Part shown: positions 16,490 to 26,050 of the stretch, piece after piece
Position numbering within the stretch: position 1 is the first letter of the stretch
Layout: the number at the start of each line of letters is the position of its first letter
Assembly (NCBI GenBank): GCA_019057475.1
Contig: DXJO01000010.1
Span: 64,001 to 128,000, forward strand
Length of the DNA stretch: 64,000 bases
Source of the DNA: Candidatus Thorarchaeota archaeon
GTDB taxonomy: Archaea > Asgardarchaeota > Thorarchaeia > Thorarchaeales > Thorarchaeaceae
Direction: 5' to 3'
The notes under the pieces: generated by a model
The model's database searches: none
The model's input: only the letters and a program-made list of their open reading frames with translations
What the model was told of the DNA's origin: nothing
Program-made: the position numbers and the translations under genes

Positions 16490-17854
16490 CTACACCTCAA
16501 AGGGCTTGTTTCCTTCTCCCATCGCCAAGAACCGCCCGTGGCCTGGCTTCACTGTTGTTCGATCCTCATGAAATACTTGAGTCCCTCTCACGAAGGTCAT
16601 GGTTGGCACTCCCTTCATTTCCATTCCCTCGTAGAGTGTCCAGCCACACTTTGAAAACATCATGTCTGAGGTTATCTTCTCCTCTTTCGTGACATCTACG
16701 ATGACGAAGTCTGCATCAGACCCGACCTGTAGTATCCCCTTCTTTGGATACAGGCCGAATATCTTTGCAGGCTTTCGAGAGGTCACATCGAGCAGCCTTG
16801 AGAACGAGAGCCTGCCTCTATTGATTCCCTCTGAGAGGAGAATTCTGAGTATCATTTGGATCCCATCCGCTCCTGCCCAGGCTTCCCTGATATCATCATT
16901 TCCTGCCTCCTTCTTCTCAATAGGACACGGGGCATGATCGCTGACCGTCATATCGATGATTCCACGGAGAAGCGCCGACCAAAGCGCGGCTCGGTCAACT
17001 TTCGACCTCAGTGGCGGGTTCATCTTACTCTTGGGACCCAGTATATTCATCTCATCGCGCTGGAATACTAGGTGATGTGGACACACTTCGGTTGTGACCT
17101 TCACGCCTCCCAGCTTTCCACGTTCAACTTCACTTATGCCCTCTCGCGTGGTGATATGCGCAACGTGCAGATGGCCTCCTGTCTGGTGAGCAATCCCAAC
17201 CACCTGGCGTACAGCAAGACTCTCTGCAATGTTAGGTCTGGACAATGCATGACTCACTGGGGCATCCCGGTCCCCTTCTAGGTCTCTACCAAACTCATCC
17301 AAGATCCCTTGGTCTTCAGAGTGCACTGTGATGTGACCGCCATGCTCAGAGACCTCACTGAGGAGACGGACAATCACTCCTGCATTGGTTTCATATGGTT
17401 CACACGTGAATGCCTTGAACCCAGCGATTCCCTTCCCAATCATCAGAGGGACGATTGGTACATTTTCGGAGTTCATCATTCCAGCATAGAATGAGAAATC
17501 TATGATGGACATGGACTCGCCTTGACAGATTTTTTCCTCCACAGTTTTAACTAAATCGACTTGGCTTGTGAGAGGCATGTCTATGACCGTAGTGACACCG
17601 CCAGCTGCAGCAGCTCTAGAGCCAGTGGTGAAGTCTTCATGGTCAAGCATCTTAGGGTCGTGCAGGTGGGCATGTCCATCTATCAGCCCAGGCATCAAGA
17701 CTTTTCCTTCGGCATCTATGACTGTGTCAGCGTTTGGAAGATGCTCGTCGGTTGCTATGGCACAAATCTTGCCACCATTGACGCCAAGTCCCCCTCGTAT
17801 GAGGCCTGACTCAAGAAGCAATCTTGCATTTTTGACAACAAGATCCACAGGCAC
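16490..17854 (-). CDS. Cyclic amidohydrolase (allantoinase/dihydropyrimidinase/dihydroorotase family)
   Basis: DGHAH, EDF.TGSRAAAAGGVTT..DMP, carboxy-Lys GFKAF, VHSED, HVAH, NPPLR, SDHAP. Confidence 0.93.
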   Translation of the reverse strand: MPVDLVVKNARLLLESGLIRGGLGVNGGKICAIATDEHLPNADTVIDAEGKVLMPGLIDGHAHLHDPKMLDHEDFTTGSRAAAAGGVTTVIDMPLTSQVDLVKTVEEKICQGESMSIIDFSFYAGMMNSENVPIVPLMIGKGIAGFKAFTCEPYETNAGVIVRLLSEVSEHGGHITVHSEDQGILDEFGRDLEGDRDAPVSHALSRPNIAESLAVRQVVGIAHQTGGHLHVAHITTREGISEVERGKLGGVKVTTEVCPHHLVFQRDEMNILGPKSKMNPPLRSKVDRAALWSALLRGIIDMTVSDHAPCPIEKKEAGNDDIREAWAGADGIQMILRILLSEGINRGRLSFSRLLDVTSRKPAKIFGLYPKKGILQVGSDADFVIVDVTKEEKITSDMMFSKCGWTLYEGMEMKGVPTMTFVRGTQVFHEDRTTVKPGHGRFLAMGEGNKPFEV

Positions 17855-17897
17855 TTCTTGTTCTCATCTCCAAATCTGATTGTGAAGCCGCGCCAAG

Positions 17898-18179
17898 TTA
17901 ACCGCCACCCACAGGTGGGAACAGGGCGACAGCATCATTGTCGGCCAGCTCCGTTTCATATCTATCAAGCAGCTCGATTCGCTTGCCATTCACCATGCAC
18001 GAGAAGAACTTTTTGAGCTCATCCGTCTTAGGGTCGATGACCACATCTATGAACGGTTTTCCAAACTGCTTCTTGAGTTTGTCCAGCAGCTCTCGTACAT
18101 TCTTCGCATCCATCTCCATGCTCCTCATACCAGTAATCTCACGAACAGTGGCGAAGAACTTCACAGTAACCGTTGCCAA
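17898..18179 (-). CDS. MoaD/ThiS/SAMP ubiquitin-like sulfur carrier
   Basis: VKFFATVRE..G start and FPPVGGG di-glycine C-terminus. Confidence 0.93.
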   Translation of the reverse strand: MATVTVKFFATVREITGMRSMEMDAKNVRELLDKLKKQFGKPFIDVVIDPKTDELKKFFSCMVNGKRIELLDRYETELADNDAVALFPPVGGG

Positions 18180-18273
18180 AGGTAGTCACCTAACACCGAA
18201 CTCTGGAACCAAGAGATTAAAACACTTTCACTCTGACACTACGTCTCGCGATTCCAAATGGAGTGTTGCACGA

Positions 18274-19158
18274 GTGGATATAGTCGTAGTTGGTCACCTC
18301 AGCAGAGACCTCTTAGTCACGCCGGAAACTACGAGAGAGATCTTGGGTGGGGGAACTGCATACGCTATGCTGGCACCATCTCTTGGCATATCGAAGTGTG
18401 GGATAGTTAGCTGTATTGGCGATGACTTCGAACAGGCGTACATGAGGACTCTTGTGAAGTCAGGTCTTGACGTGACTGGTGTTGATCGAGGGGGACAGCA
18501 TACAACACGATTCGTCAATCAATATGACTCCAACGGTGTTAGGACACAACGCGTCGAAGCAATCGCGGCACCAATCAGGAAGAACGCACTCTTGGAACAC
18601 CATCTCCAGAGCCGGGCTATCCACTTCTGTCCTCTTATTGGAGAGATAGATATCTCGTGCATAAAGGCCGCGAAGGAGGCGGGTGTCTTAGTTTCACTGG
18701 ACCCCCAAGGGTTTCTGCGCACCGTGCAGGGTGACCGGGTGGTTCCGAAGGAATGGACTGACCGCGCTGCTGTTCTAGAGCACGTTGATGTTCTGAAGCT
18801 CGACGAGGATGAGCTCCAGAGTGCCGTGGGCATTGCCACTGAACTCGATGCAGTAGGCAAGATTCTCAACGAAGGGCCTGAGATTGTGATTGTGACAAGG
18901 GATAGACGAGGATCGACAATCTACACTCAGGAGGACAAGATTGACATCCCGCTAATCTTGGCGGATCAGCTTGTTGACGCCACTGGTTCAGGTGACACCT
19001 ATGCCGTCGGTTTCCTAATTGAGTATGCCAGGAATGAGAACCTGAGGCAAGCTGGAGTGTTCGGTGCCTCATGTGCCTCGTTCAATCTTGAAACCATGGG
19101 GCCCTATGAGATGCCTACTAGGGGACAGGTGGAATCTCGAATTAAGTCGTACGTATAG
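18274..19158 (+). CDS. PfkB/ribokinase-family kinase
   Basis: GG..Y N-terminal motif, VSLDPQG, VDATGSGDTY signature; start set at GTG 18274 because the upstream extension overlaps MoaD. Confidence 0.9.
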   Translation: MDIVVVGHLSRDLLVTPETTREILGGGTAYAMLAPSLGISKCGIVSCIGDDFEQAYMRTLVKSGLDVTGVDRGGQHTTRFVNQYDSNGVRTQRVEAIAAPIRKNALLEHHLQSRAIHFCPLIGEIDISCIKAAKEAGVLVSLDPQGFLRTVQGDRVVPKEWTDRAAVLEHVDVLKLDEDELQSAVGIATELDAVGKILNEGPEIVIVTRDRRGSTIYTQEDKIDIPLILADQLVDATGSGDTYAVGFLIEYARNENLRQAGVFGASCASFNLETMGPYEMPTRGQVESRIKSYV

Positions 19159-19210
19159 CTGACGGAAGAAGGCTTTTCACATACCTAAATGGCATCTGAG
19201 CAAGACTGGA

Positions 19211-20404
19211 GTGACAACGGTGCTTGAAGATCTAGACGCTCTGATGGATGTAAATGAAATTGATGCTCTCCTCGTTGTTGGCAATGTATTCGAGGTGCCA
19301 GATATCTACTGGCTCACAGGATTCAGGTCTCCGGATACTATCACCTACTTTCACAGTAAGGGCAACAAACCCGTTGGGATAGCTGGATTCAACACAATCA
19401 AACGAATTAAGACACAGAGTTTTCTAAAGAGAACGTACGACATCTCTGAACTCCTTCTGAAGTTCAGGAAGGCAGGAAAGAGGGCAGCCGATCGTCCTGA
19501 CATCGTGTACGGGACAATCCTTCAGGAACACTTCACTGGCAAAATTCTGGGAGTTCCTAATCATCTTCCAGCTCGGATACTTGTGGCTATCCAGAAGCTT
19601 GGATACACTGTCAAAGTGGTTCCAGACCTGCTCAAGGATGCACGTGCCACCAAGTCGAAGGCTGAGATCAAGACTATCAAGAAGGCAGGAGATGCTACAA
19701 TCAGCGCGATTGAGCGAATTGCTAAGATGATTAAGAAGTCCAAGGTGGGACCAAAGAAGCAGCTCCTCTTGAAGAGTAATCCTCTGACCGTGCAGGACAT
19801 TAAGCTCGCTCTTGAGCACTTCTTGCTGGACAGAGGGGCCGAGTCAGCAGAGGACGCGATTGCCGCTGTGGGCAAGAAAGGCTTCGATTGGCACTATCTC
19901 GGAGCTCCAAAAGATGTGCTCAAGGCTGGAGTTCCCATAATCCTTGATGTCTTTCCTAGACTGAAGCAGGAGAGGTATGTGGCAGACGTCACTCGCACTG
20001 TAGTCAAGGGGCAGCCGCATAAGAACGTGCACGCAATGTTCGAGGCGGTCATTGCCGCTTCAGATGCAGTCGTTGATGCGCTCACTGATGATGCGCCCAT
20101 TGATGAAGTAAACATGGCTTGTTATCAAACATTGAAAAAGCACGGGTTTGATTCAACTAGGCTGAATCCTGAAGCTGTCGAGGGAATGACGCACGGTCTA
20201 GGTCATGGGATTGGCTTGGAAGTTCACGAGAATCCAAGCTTCTATGATCGGGAGGGGGGGTTCGTTGCGGGTCATGTTGTAGCGATTGAACCCGGTGTCT
20301 ACCTGAAGGCTCATGGTGGCGTCAGAATCGAGAATGACTATGCAGTCACCACGCGAAAGCCTAAACGATTGACCATTGGACTCGACGACATCATGTACTT
20401 GTAG
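19211..20404 (+). CDS. Xaa-Pro aminopeptidase (M24B)
   Basis: DVFPR, ADVTRT, HGLGHGIGLEVHE, IEPGVY, GVRIEND. Confidence 0.95.
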   Translation: MTTVLEDLDALMDVNEIDALLVVGNVFEVPDIYWLTGFRSPDTITYFHSKGNKPVGIAGFNTIKRIKTQSFLKRTYDISELLLKFRKAGKRAADRPDIVYGTILQEHFTGKILGVPNHLPARILVAIQKLGYTVKVVPDLLKDARATKSKAEIKTIKKAGDATISAIERIAKMIKKSKVGPKKQLLLKSNPLTVQDIKLALEHFLLDRGAESAEDAIAAVGKKGFDWHYLGAPKDVLKAGVPIILDVFPRLKQERYVADVTRTVVKGQPHKNVHAMFEAVIAASDAVVDALTDDAPIDEVNMACYQTLKKHGFDSTRLNPEAVEGMTHGLGHGIGLEVHENPSFYDREGGFVAGHVVAIEPGVYLKAHGGVRIENDYAVTTRKPKRLTIGLDDIMYL

Positions 20405-20420
20405 CATATCGCCCATTCAG

Positions 20421-21515
20421 TCAGTTGTAGCTCAGGGCGTCATGCGGACAGACCGAGATACACATACCACAAGCTTGACATCTTGATTTGTCGAAGCGCA
20501 GTTCCTGTCCTTCCTTATCAGTTGATATTGCTTCATAGACACAGGACTTCTCACAGAGTCCACAGAGTGTGCATTTCTCCATGTCTACCTTTGGAGGTGG
20601 CGTGAAAACGATTTTCTTTGTGAGGTGCTTAAGCCCCAACCCTCGCACGTCTTCTACCGAGTCATAGCCATGAGCATCCAGCCACTTGTCCATCTCAGAT
20701 GCAATGCGGCCATACACAGTCTGCCCCTCTAGGATTGCAGCTGTGCATACCTCGACAGCATGAGCTCCGGCCATGATGAATTCTATCGCGTCTTCTCCGT
20801 CGCTAACTCCTCCCACACCGATCACAGGCTTTCGGATTGCCCGGGCGATGTCTGCCACACACCGTATTGCTACTGGTTTTATTGATGCACCACTAAGCCA
20901 ACCGTAGCCCGATTCACTCCCCAGCATGGGTTTACCGGTTTCTATGTCAATTCTGAGACATGGTCCCAGTGAGTTTATCGCGACCACTCCATCGACGTAA
21001 GGTTCCACTGACTTGGCTACTTCGACAACATCTACCTTCGGACTAAGCTTCGCAAAGATGGGTATCTCAACAGCCTCACGCAACGCCTTTGCAATTTCGA
21101 CATGCCCACCAACATAATGGGTACTGAATTCCAGTGCATGGACTCCCGCCTTCTCAATCTTCGGCGCGAGGCCAGCAACGTCTTCCGGAGTGTATCCTAG
21201 ACTAGCAATCACAGGAAGACCAGTGTCCAATGCGATTTTGTATTCCTTGTCAAGCCACTGTTCAATCGGCAGCTCGCTCCATAGTTCTGCGTTGAGGATG
21301 CCCCGTCTTGAGCCTGCTCTTCCTTTGCGAACTGCAACAATGTTCGGGGTGGGCACTTTTGCAGCGCTCACGCTTACAGTCTTTGCAACGAGTCCGCCTG
21401 CGCCACCTTTTGCAGCCACGAGAAGAGTATCGCCGTCACGCGCTCCAGGGCCAGCAGCAGTAAGAACGGGATTCCTAAGAGTGAAACTTGTGACTTCGAC
21501 ACTGAGGTCAGCCAT
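20421..21515 (-). CDS. PreA/dihydropyrimidine dehydrogenase-like FMN barrel with C-terminal 2x[4Fe-4S]
   Basis: AAGP, AKT, NAELWS, AKLSP, INS, GWLSG, IGVGGV, two ferredoxin motifs; catalytic loop reads EFSTHY. Confidence 0.88.
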   Translation of the reverse strand: MADLSVEVTSFTLRNPVLTAAGPGARDGDTLLVAAKGGAGGLVAKTVSVSAAKVPTPNIVAVRKGRAGSRRGILNAELWSELPIEQWLDKEYKIALDTGLPVIASLGYTPEDVAGLAPKIEKAGVHALEFSTHYVGGHVEIAKALREAVEIPIFAKLSPKVDVVEVAKSVEPYVDGVVAINSLGPCLRIDIETGKPMLGSESGYGWLSGASIKPVAIRCVADIARAIRKPVIGVGGVSDGEDAIEFIMAGAHAVEVCTAAILEGQTVYGRIASEMDKWLDAHGYDSVEDVRGLGLKHLTKKIVFTPPPKVDMEKCTLCGLCEKSCVYEAISTDKEGQELRFDKSRCQACGMCISVCPHDALSYN

Positions 21516-21516
21516 T

Positions 21517-23454
21517 TTATTTTCCTCTAGCAAGCATCTTTCTCTTCGCTAGGTCGTCAGCAACATAATCGAGACCAAGCTCTTGAAGCTTCTCTCTCTT
21601 CGGAAATCCTGTTTCCCTGTCACAACCCCTGAAATCGTAGTACTCGTCCAGCATCTCGTCTAGGTCGGGAAGTCCACCCTTCGCTGGGCCTGTGGGCATG
21701 GGCTCCTTGAGCAGCCTTTGAGGTAAGTTCTCTTGCTTTCGCGTGATTCCTAGTCTGTGGTTATACGCGCGCCTCAGATGGCTAATCCTCTCAGCCGCCT
21801 GCTTTACGTATTTCGTGTCGGACCATTCAGTCATCCCCGTCAGCGGCGAGATAACATTCACAAACGTATCATAGTAGTAAATTGGCGGCCACATCGTGGA
21901 ATACTTGCAAATGACTGCAGAGTCAACTAACGCGTATAGGTCCTCAATGTCCTTGATAATCTCACCCTTATGTTTTGGTGACATTATGTCCAGTATTTCA
22001 TCGGCTTTCTCCGCACCGAATCTCTCACTCACAATATCCGGATAGCCCAGTTCTTCAAGACTGGATAGACTCCTGAGATGGTCTGCTCCTCTCACATTAG
22101 TGGCGTAGGTGAGACCTACCGACTGGTGCGCTCTCGGATCTTGTCCTGAAGCCTCAAGCCCTTTCACATGCACCGCGTATTTCCAAGCGTCCCCGCCAAT
22201 AATCTCAGCTGCTTTCCTCACGCCCTTGGAAAGCATGTCACCTATCCCCTCGCGTTTGCCAATCATCTCAACGAGCTTGACCATGGAGTCCACATTACCC
22301 CACGAGAGGTCGAGTCCATCGGTGTCCTTCTTTGTTAGAATGCCTTTCTCCCAAAGCTCCATTGCAAAGCCTATGGTCTTGCCGCATGAAATCGTATCCA
22401 TCCCAATCAGGTCACACCTTGTACCCATATGGAATATGGACTCGACATCATTATTCAGACAATTGGAACCAAATGCCATGAGTGTTTCGTATTCTGGCCC
22501 TCCTGCCGGCCCTCCTCCGAATGCGCCTTCCTTCACCTTGTATATGTATTTGCATCCAATTGCGCATCCGTGACATGCCTCCTGAGTGGTTCGGTAATTC
22601 TCAGCAATTGTTTCAGGCCCGATATCATCAGCCTGCTCGTAGAACCCTGTCCAGTGATTTTTCGTAGGCAGTCTGCCTATCTCGTTGATGATGGCAACAA
22701 GGTCAGTTGTGCCGTACTTCCTCAAAGAAGCCAATGATGCAGTCCAGAGTGGGTCGTTTAGCTTGGCCATTTCCTCAGCATTGGCCTCTAGGTACTTGTC
22801 CATATCATGGACCTCAAGGCCAAGCGAACCCCTGCACGCAATGCCCTTCACATTCTTGGAACCCAAAACTGCTCCAATGCCACAACGGCCTGCGGCACGA
22901 TAAACATCTACTATAACGCTGGCATACGATACCAACTTTTCTCCTGCTGTTCCAATTACAGCGGTTTCGACAGCGGGGTCTTTGTGCTCCTCTCGAATCA
23001 TCTGAGTGGTGATATCGGTTTCGCGTCCCCAAAGATCGGAAGCATCAAGAAGTTCAGCATGTCCGTCACGGAGGAAGAGGTACACATGCTTCGGTGACCT
23101 GCCACGAATCACCACGAAGTCAAAACCTGCGTACTTCATCTCTGGTCCAAAGAATCCACCTACATGGCTTTCAGCCCAGACGCCTGTGAGTGGCCCCTTT
23201 GCCGCGAACATCATTCGTCCTGACGGTGAGAACATAGAACCTGTGAGTGGCCCAGTACCTATGACAACCACGTTGTCCGGTGAGAGCGGATCTGTGTCTG
23301 GTCCGGTCGAGTCCCATAGTATCCTTGCTGCGACACCTGAGCCCCCCAAGTACAGTCGCGCCCATTCCTTCTCCATCTCGCGCTTGTGGATTTTACCCTT
23401 AGTAAGGTCGACATCCAGGTAGTGCCCTGCGTATCCCTTGTATGGAAACGTCAT
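21517..23454 (-). CDS. Tungsten-containing aldehyde:ferredoxin oxidoreductase family protein (AOR-2)
   Basis: GPLTG.WAESH.GG.FGPE.K.AGFD, GRCGIGAVLGSKN, CHGCAIGC, GPEYET, GMDTIS, DPR, RGADH. Confidence 0.96.
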   Translation of the reverse strand: MTFPYKGYAGHYLDVDLTKGKIHKREMEKEWARLYLGGSGVAARILWDSTGPDTDPLSPDNVVVIGTGPLTGSMFSPSGRMMFAAKGPLTGVWAESHVGGFFGPEMKYAGFDFVVIRGRSPKHVYLFLRDGHAELLDASDLWGRETDITTQMIREEHKDPAVETAVIGTAGEKLVSYASVIVDVYRAAGRCGIGAVLGSKNVKGIACRGSLGLEVHDMDKYLEANAEEMAKLNDPLWTASLASLRKYGTTDLVAIINEIGRLPTKNHWTGFYEQADDIGPETIAENYRTTQEACHGCAIGCKYIYKVKEGAFGGGPAGGPEYETLMAFGSNCLNNDVESIFHMGTRCDLIGMDTISCGKTIGFAMELWEKGILTKKDTDGLDLSWGNVDSMVKLVEMIGKREGIGDMLSKGVRKAAEIIGGDAWKYAVHVKGLEASGQDPRAHQSVGLTYATNVRGADHLRSLSSLEELGYPDIVSERFGAEKADEILDIMSPKHKGEIIKDIEDLYALVDSAVICKYSTMWPPIYYYDTFVNVISPLTGMTEWSDTKYVKQAAERISHLRRAYNHRLGITRKQENLPQRLLKEPMPTGPAKGGLPDLDEMLDEYYDFRGCDRETGFPKREKLQELGLDYVADDLAKRKMLARGK

Positions 23455-23456
23455 CT

Positions 23457-23969
23457 CTACGCATCCACCTCCGAGAGGCCGTACGCTGTTCTTAGGTTCC
23501 GAACGCTATCACTTCGGCCCCGAAGTCCATGGCTGTCAGTTGATTGCAATGATATGGCCTGATACGTGCATGCGTCGATGCAGGCGGGTTCTCCTCCACA
23601 GAGGTCACACTTGATTGCCTTCCTAAGAAGAGGGTCTATCGCGATGCCCCCATAGATGCAGGCAGTTACACAGTTGGAGCATCCAATGCATAGGTCGTGA
23701 TTAACCGTGAGAACACCAGCGCTGTTCTCAGAGATCGCACCTGTTGGGCAAGCCTCAGCACAGAGCGGCGAATCGCACTGCAAACAGACCATCGGTATGA
23801 CCATCGCCCGAAATTCCTCCTTGAGAATTTGGATTCTTGCACGAGCCGGGTTGAATGTATTTGTGTGGTGTACTGAACAGGCCAGCTCACAGTTTCGGCA
23901 ACCGGTACAGAGATTATTATCTATTGCAAGGGCTTTCCTCAAGTCACTCGAGCTCTCCTTGGTCACCAT
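23457..23969 (-). CDS. Fe-S subunit associated with AOR-2
   Basis: CTGCRNCELAC, CLQC..PLCAEACP, CIGCSNCVTAC, KCDLCGGEPAC. Confidence 0.93.
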   Translation of the reverse strand: MVTKESSSDLRKALAIDNNLCTGCRNCELACSVHHTNTFNPARARIQILKEEFRAMVIPMVCLQCDSPLCAEACPTGAISENSAGVLTVNHDLCIGCSNCVTACIYGGIAIDPLLRKAIKCDLCGGEPACIDACTYQAISLQSTDSHGLRGRSDSVRNLRTAYGLSEVDA

Positions 23970-24048
23970 GTCAGGCTCTTCCCTCTTTCAACCGGTCCTT
24001 TAAGATGTTGCCATAGTCCCATGGAGTCTATCTATGCCGCCAGTGGCC

Positions 24049-24080
24049 CGTTGATATATCACATTAAGATATATACAATG
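24049..24080. promoter_or_regulatory. Inverted-repeat element in the divergent AOR-2 / histidine kinase promoter
   Basis: CGTTGATATATC-ACATTAA-GATATATACAATG, containing the perfect palindrome TGATATATCA (24052-24061). Confidence 0.4.
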
Positions 24081-24158
24081 ATGTGGGCCTGCAAATGTCG
24101 GACAGTTAGCTCTTCGATAGCTTTTCTGTTCTCTAGACTCCACTTGTTGGCCTGAATC

Positions 24159-25958
24159 ATGACTCCACAGACCAAGAAACCAACGACTGCATTTCGCTCA
24201 GCGAGAGCAAGAGATCAAGAGATGTTCGATAAGATATCTCTCGCAGTAGTGGAGTTTGACCCTGAGCTAAACGTACTATATGCGAATCCGGCTGCACAGA
24301 ATCTTCTAGGCATGAAACAGTCGGACATTGACACAGGATTGCACGTTTCTGATTTGGTTGTTTCCGAGCAGGTGAAACTTGTTCAGGAGGCTTTCAGACG
24401 CCTTCGGAATGGTGCTGAGCCTACTTCGCTCTCTCTAAGAGCAGTACGCAAAGATGGGATTCAGATTCCCATTGAAGTGTTCGCCGACATGATTCATCAC
24501 CGCGGCAAGCTCAAGGGCTATGTTGTGTACGCAACCGATATGACACGTCGCGCACAAATCGTGGACAAGCTCAGAGAGAAAAGCGCGTTCTTCAAGACCG
24601 CCGTTGAATACTCGCATGTGGGCATATTCCAAGTAGGACACAACTTTAGATTCGAATACATGAATGACAGACTCTGCGATATGGTGGGCCGGACTCGGAG
24701 TGAGCTTCTGGGACACGATTTCCGCGAATTCCTTCACCCCGACAGTGTGGACCTTGTTGCAGACCGTTATGTGAGGCGACAACGTGGGGAAAAGGTACCA
24801 TCGGTATATCAGTTCAAAATCGTCCGGAAGAACGGCACGCCAAGGGATGTAGAGATATCAAGCACCTCCATGATGGGTCGGGATGGTAGGATGAACACCA
24901 TCGGCCAGATTCTGGACATCACAGAGGAAGTGGAGAGCAAACAAGCTCTTGGGGAGAGCGAACGTAGATACCGTGATCTTGTAGAAACCATGGATGACGG
25001 GTTGGCCACAGATGACGAGATCGGAGTGATTACCTACGTCAATGACGCTTTCTGCAAGATGTTAGGTTATACTCGTGATGAGATAGTTGGCCTTTCAGGA
25101 TACGAGATTTTTCACAGTATCACTCAGAACGGCTATGGCAACAAATCCATCGCCCGTGCGGAGGGGATCACCGAGCACTATGAGGCTGAATTGCTCGCCA
25201 AGAATGGTACAACAGTGCCGGTCATGGTTTCCGCTTGCCCACTCCCAACAGAGAGTGGGGATTACAAGGGAAGTTTCGCGTTATTCACTGACATTTCCGA
25301 ACTCAAGAGTGTTGAGGCCGAAGCGCGCTTCCTACTTGATTTGATACTTCATGACATAGGCAACCAGTTGCAGTTGGTTCTTGCCGGTGCCGACCTTGCC
25401 AACAAGGAGTCGTCCCCCGAAGTCATTGAGACTGCCCAACAATACATCCTAGATGGTGCACACCGTTGTATTGAGCTGATTCACAAGGTACGAAGTGCAG
25501 AGGAGTCAAAGGTTGAGCCTCTCAGGCCAATGGACTTGATTGAAGTGGTGGTTGGCGAGGCGCTTTTGCTTGCACGACAGCATGGCGTTACTCCTAAGAT
25601 GAAGAATCTGCCAGAAACATTGATGGTTAATGCTGATAGTGCCCTGAGTCAGCTTGTATGGAACCTCATGGAGAATGCAACAAAACATAACAGGAATCCT
25701 AAGAAGAGAATATGGATCAACGGACGGAGGGTGAGAGGGAACAAGTTCAAGATTACTATTGCTGACAACGGGCCAGGTCTGAGTGATTCGAAGAAAATTC
25801 AGGTATTCAGCTCAGAACGGAGATTCGGTGGGGTGGGTCTTCATCTTGTGCGACGTCTGATCAAGAAGTATGGCGCCATGCTTGAAATCAAGGACCGTGT
25901 GCGGGGCAGGCCAGGCAAAGGTCTCAAGGTTATAATCACGTTTGATATTCTCAAATAG
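24159..25958 (+). CDS. Soluble PAS-PAS-PAS sensor histidine kinase
   Basis: Three PAS/PAC repeats; H-box LHDIGNQL, N-box NLMENATKH, DNGPG, GGVGL; no TM segment. Confidence 0.93.
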   Translation: MTPQTKKPTTAFRSARARDQEMFDKISLAVVEFDPELNVLYANPAAQNLLGMKQSDIDTGLHVSDLVVSEQVKLVQEAFRRLRNGAEPTSLSLRAVRKDGIQIPIEVFADMIHHRGKLKGYVVYATDMTRRAQIVDKLREKSAFFKTAVEYSHVGIFQVGHNFRFEYMNDRLCDMVGRTRSELLGHDFREFLHPDSVDLVADRYVRRQRGEKVPSVYQFKIVRKNGTPRDVEISSTSMMGRDGRMNTIGQILDITEEVESKQALGESERRYRDLVETMDDGLATDDEIGVITYVNDAFCKMLGYTRDEIVGLSGYEIFHSITQNGYGNKSIARAEGITEHYEAELLAKNGTTVPVMVSACPLPTESGDYKGSFALFTDISELKSVEAEARFLLDLILHDIGNQLQLVLAGADLANKESSPEVIETAQQYILDGAHRCIELIHKVRSAEESKVEPLRPMDLIEVVVGEALLLARQHGVTPKMKNLPETLMVNADSALSQLVWNLMENATKHNRNPKKRIWINGRRVRGNKFKITIADNGPGLSDSKKIQVFSSERRFGGVGLHLVRRLIKKYGAMLEIKDRVRGRPGKGLKVIITFDILK

Positions 25959-26050
25959 GCTCGTAATCTGAACTCTCTTCTAGCGCTCTTTGCACCGCAA
26001 TCGTTATCTCTCACGCAGATGAGTTATCATGTTGCATCGGAGGTCATAGG

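Noticed and set aside
17938-18273. 112-aa N-terminal extension of the PfkB ORF
   Set aside because: Antisense to the MoaD gene; GTG 18274 with an RBS gives a normal-length kinase.
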